Positions 63,331 through 64,000 of a stretch of 64,000 nt of DNA are shown here, piece after piece. Both the position numbers and the translations under genes were made by a program. Under the pieces are notes generated by a model. It was not told the DNA's origin, did not search any database, and worked only from the letters and a program-made list of their open reading frames with translations. The number at the start of each line of letters is the position of its first letter. Position 1 is the stretch's first letter. The DNA lies in contig CM102290.1 of the NCBI GenBank assembly GCA_046563655.1, positions 5,704,001 to 5,768,000 on the forward strand, read 5' to 3'. The DNA is from Yuukianura sp. NJ FZ-2021 (taxonomy: Eukaryota).

Positions 63331-64000
63331 TCCTCCTAATTTCATTGATATTTCCCCATTTCTTGTACTCCGAGTGACGTCATAGTTGCATAGCGACCGT
63401 CACGAAAAAAAAAGAGTGAGTTAAGGGTTGCCCGATTTTTTTTTAAATTGAATTGACCATCGCTTTTCAAATTTTTTTTTTCGTGTTTTTTTTTTTGAAA
63501 ACCAACTAAATTTTTTGTGAATTATTGTGAAAAGTCAGTGGACATGGAAAGGTGACACGGTCACTGTGACCTTAACAAAGGAAGAGACGATGACTTGGGA
63601 ACTTTTTCGGAAGAGTTGTTGAAATTGATTGAGATGCAACGGGATGCAAAGAAAACGCGCTAAATTTCAAACCCAACAAACCGCACGTCTTTCAACACAC
63701 AAAAGAAGAAGAAGGGAGTAACTATGATCTCATTAAATTTATGCAACGCTAAGGCCATTATGCTCAAATCTCCATTCACCACTAACGAGTCACCTTCTTC
63801 AGAGTCAAGGGCCTCACTCCCTTTTGTTCACTTTTTTTTTTAAAGAAACGGTGGTTGGGCTCGATCCCACGACCTCTTCAAAGTAAGACAAGAATGGGTT
63901 AGTCTCAACCACAAACGTGTGCTGACCCTCCGTTGTTCAAAACCAAACCACTTTTTTCAAATTTCAAACTTGAAATTCTAAATTTCAAAAAAATTAATTA

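Overview
AT-rich, intron-dense arthropod genomic DNA; the species cannot be identified from sequence alone. I reconstructed seven spliced genes by hand: a P4-ATPase lipid flippase (ATP8A-like, minus, 961-8598), a small 4-TM LAPTM/DUF4728-like protein (minus), nucleobindin with a poly-Q tail (plus), and a ~21 kb cluster of four GABA-receptor-type Cys-loop subunits (GRD-like +, CG8916-like -, an alpha-like PAR-motif subunit -, LCCH3-like +). About 19 kb at the end has no recognisable coding exon. The top observation is an intact 147-nt exon inside a GRD-like intron. It encodes a second, divergent pre-M1/M1/M1-M2 linker ending in a nAChR-like 'GDK' motif and has exactly the phases needed to replace three ordinary exons, the last of which ends in a non-canonical GA donor. 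The shared M2 helix has Phe in place of the conserved 9' Leu. Also present: a 488-bp-arm foldback next to a splice acceptor, a Helitron-like element, several MITEs, tRNA-derived fragments and many perfect AGGTCAAAGGTCA motifs. All splicing is inferred from homology and phase, not from transcripts.
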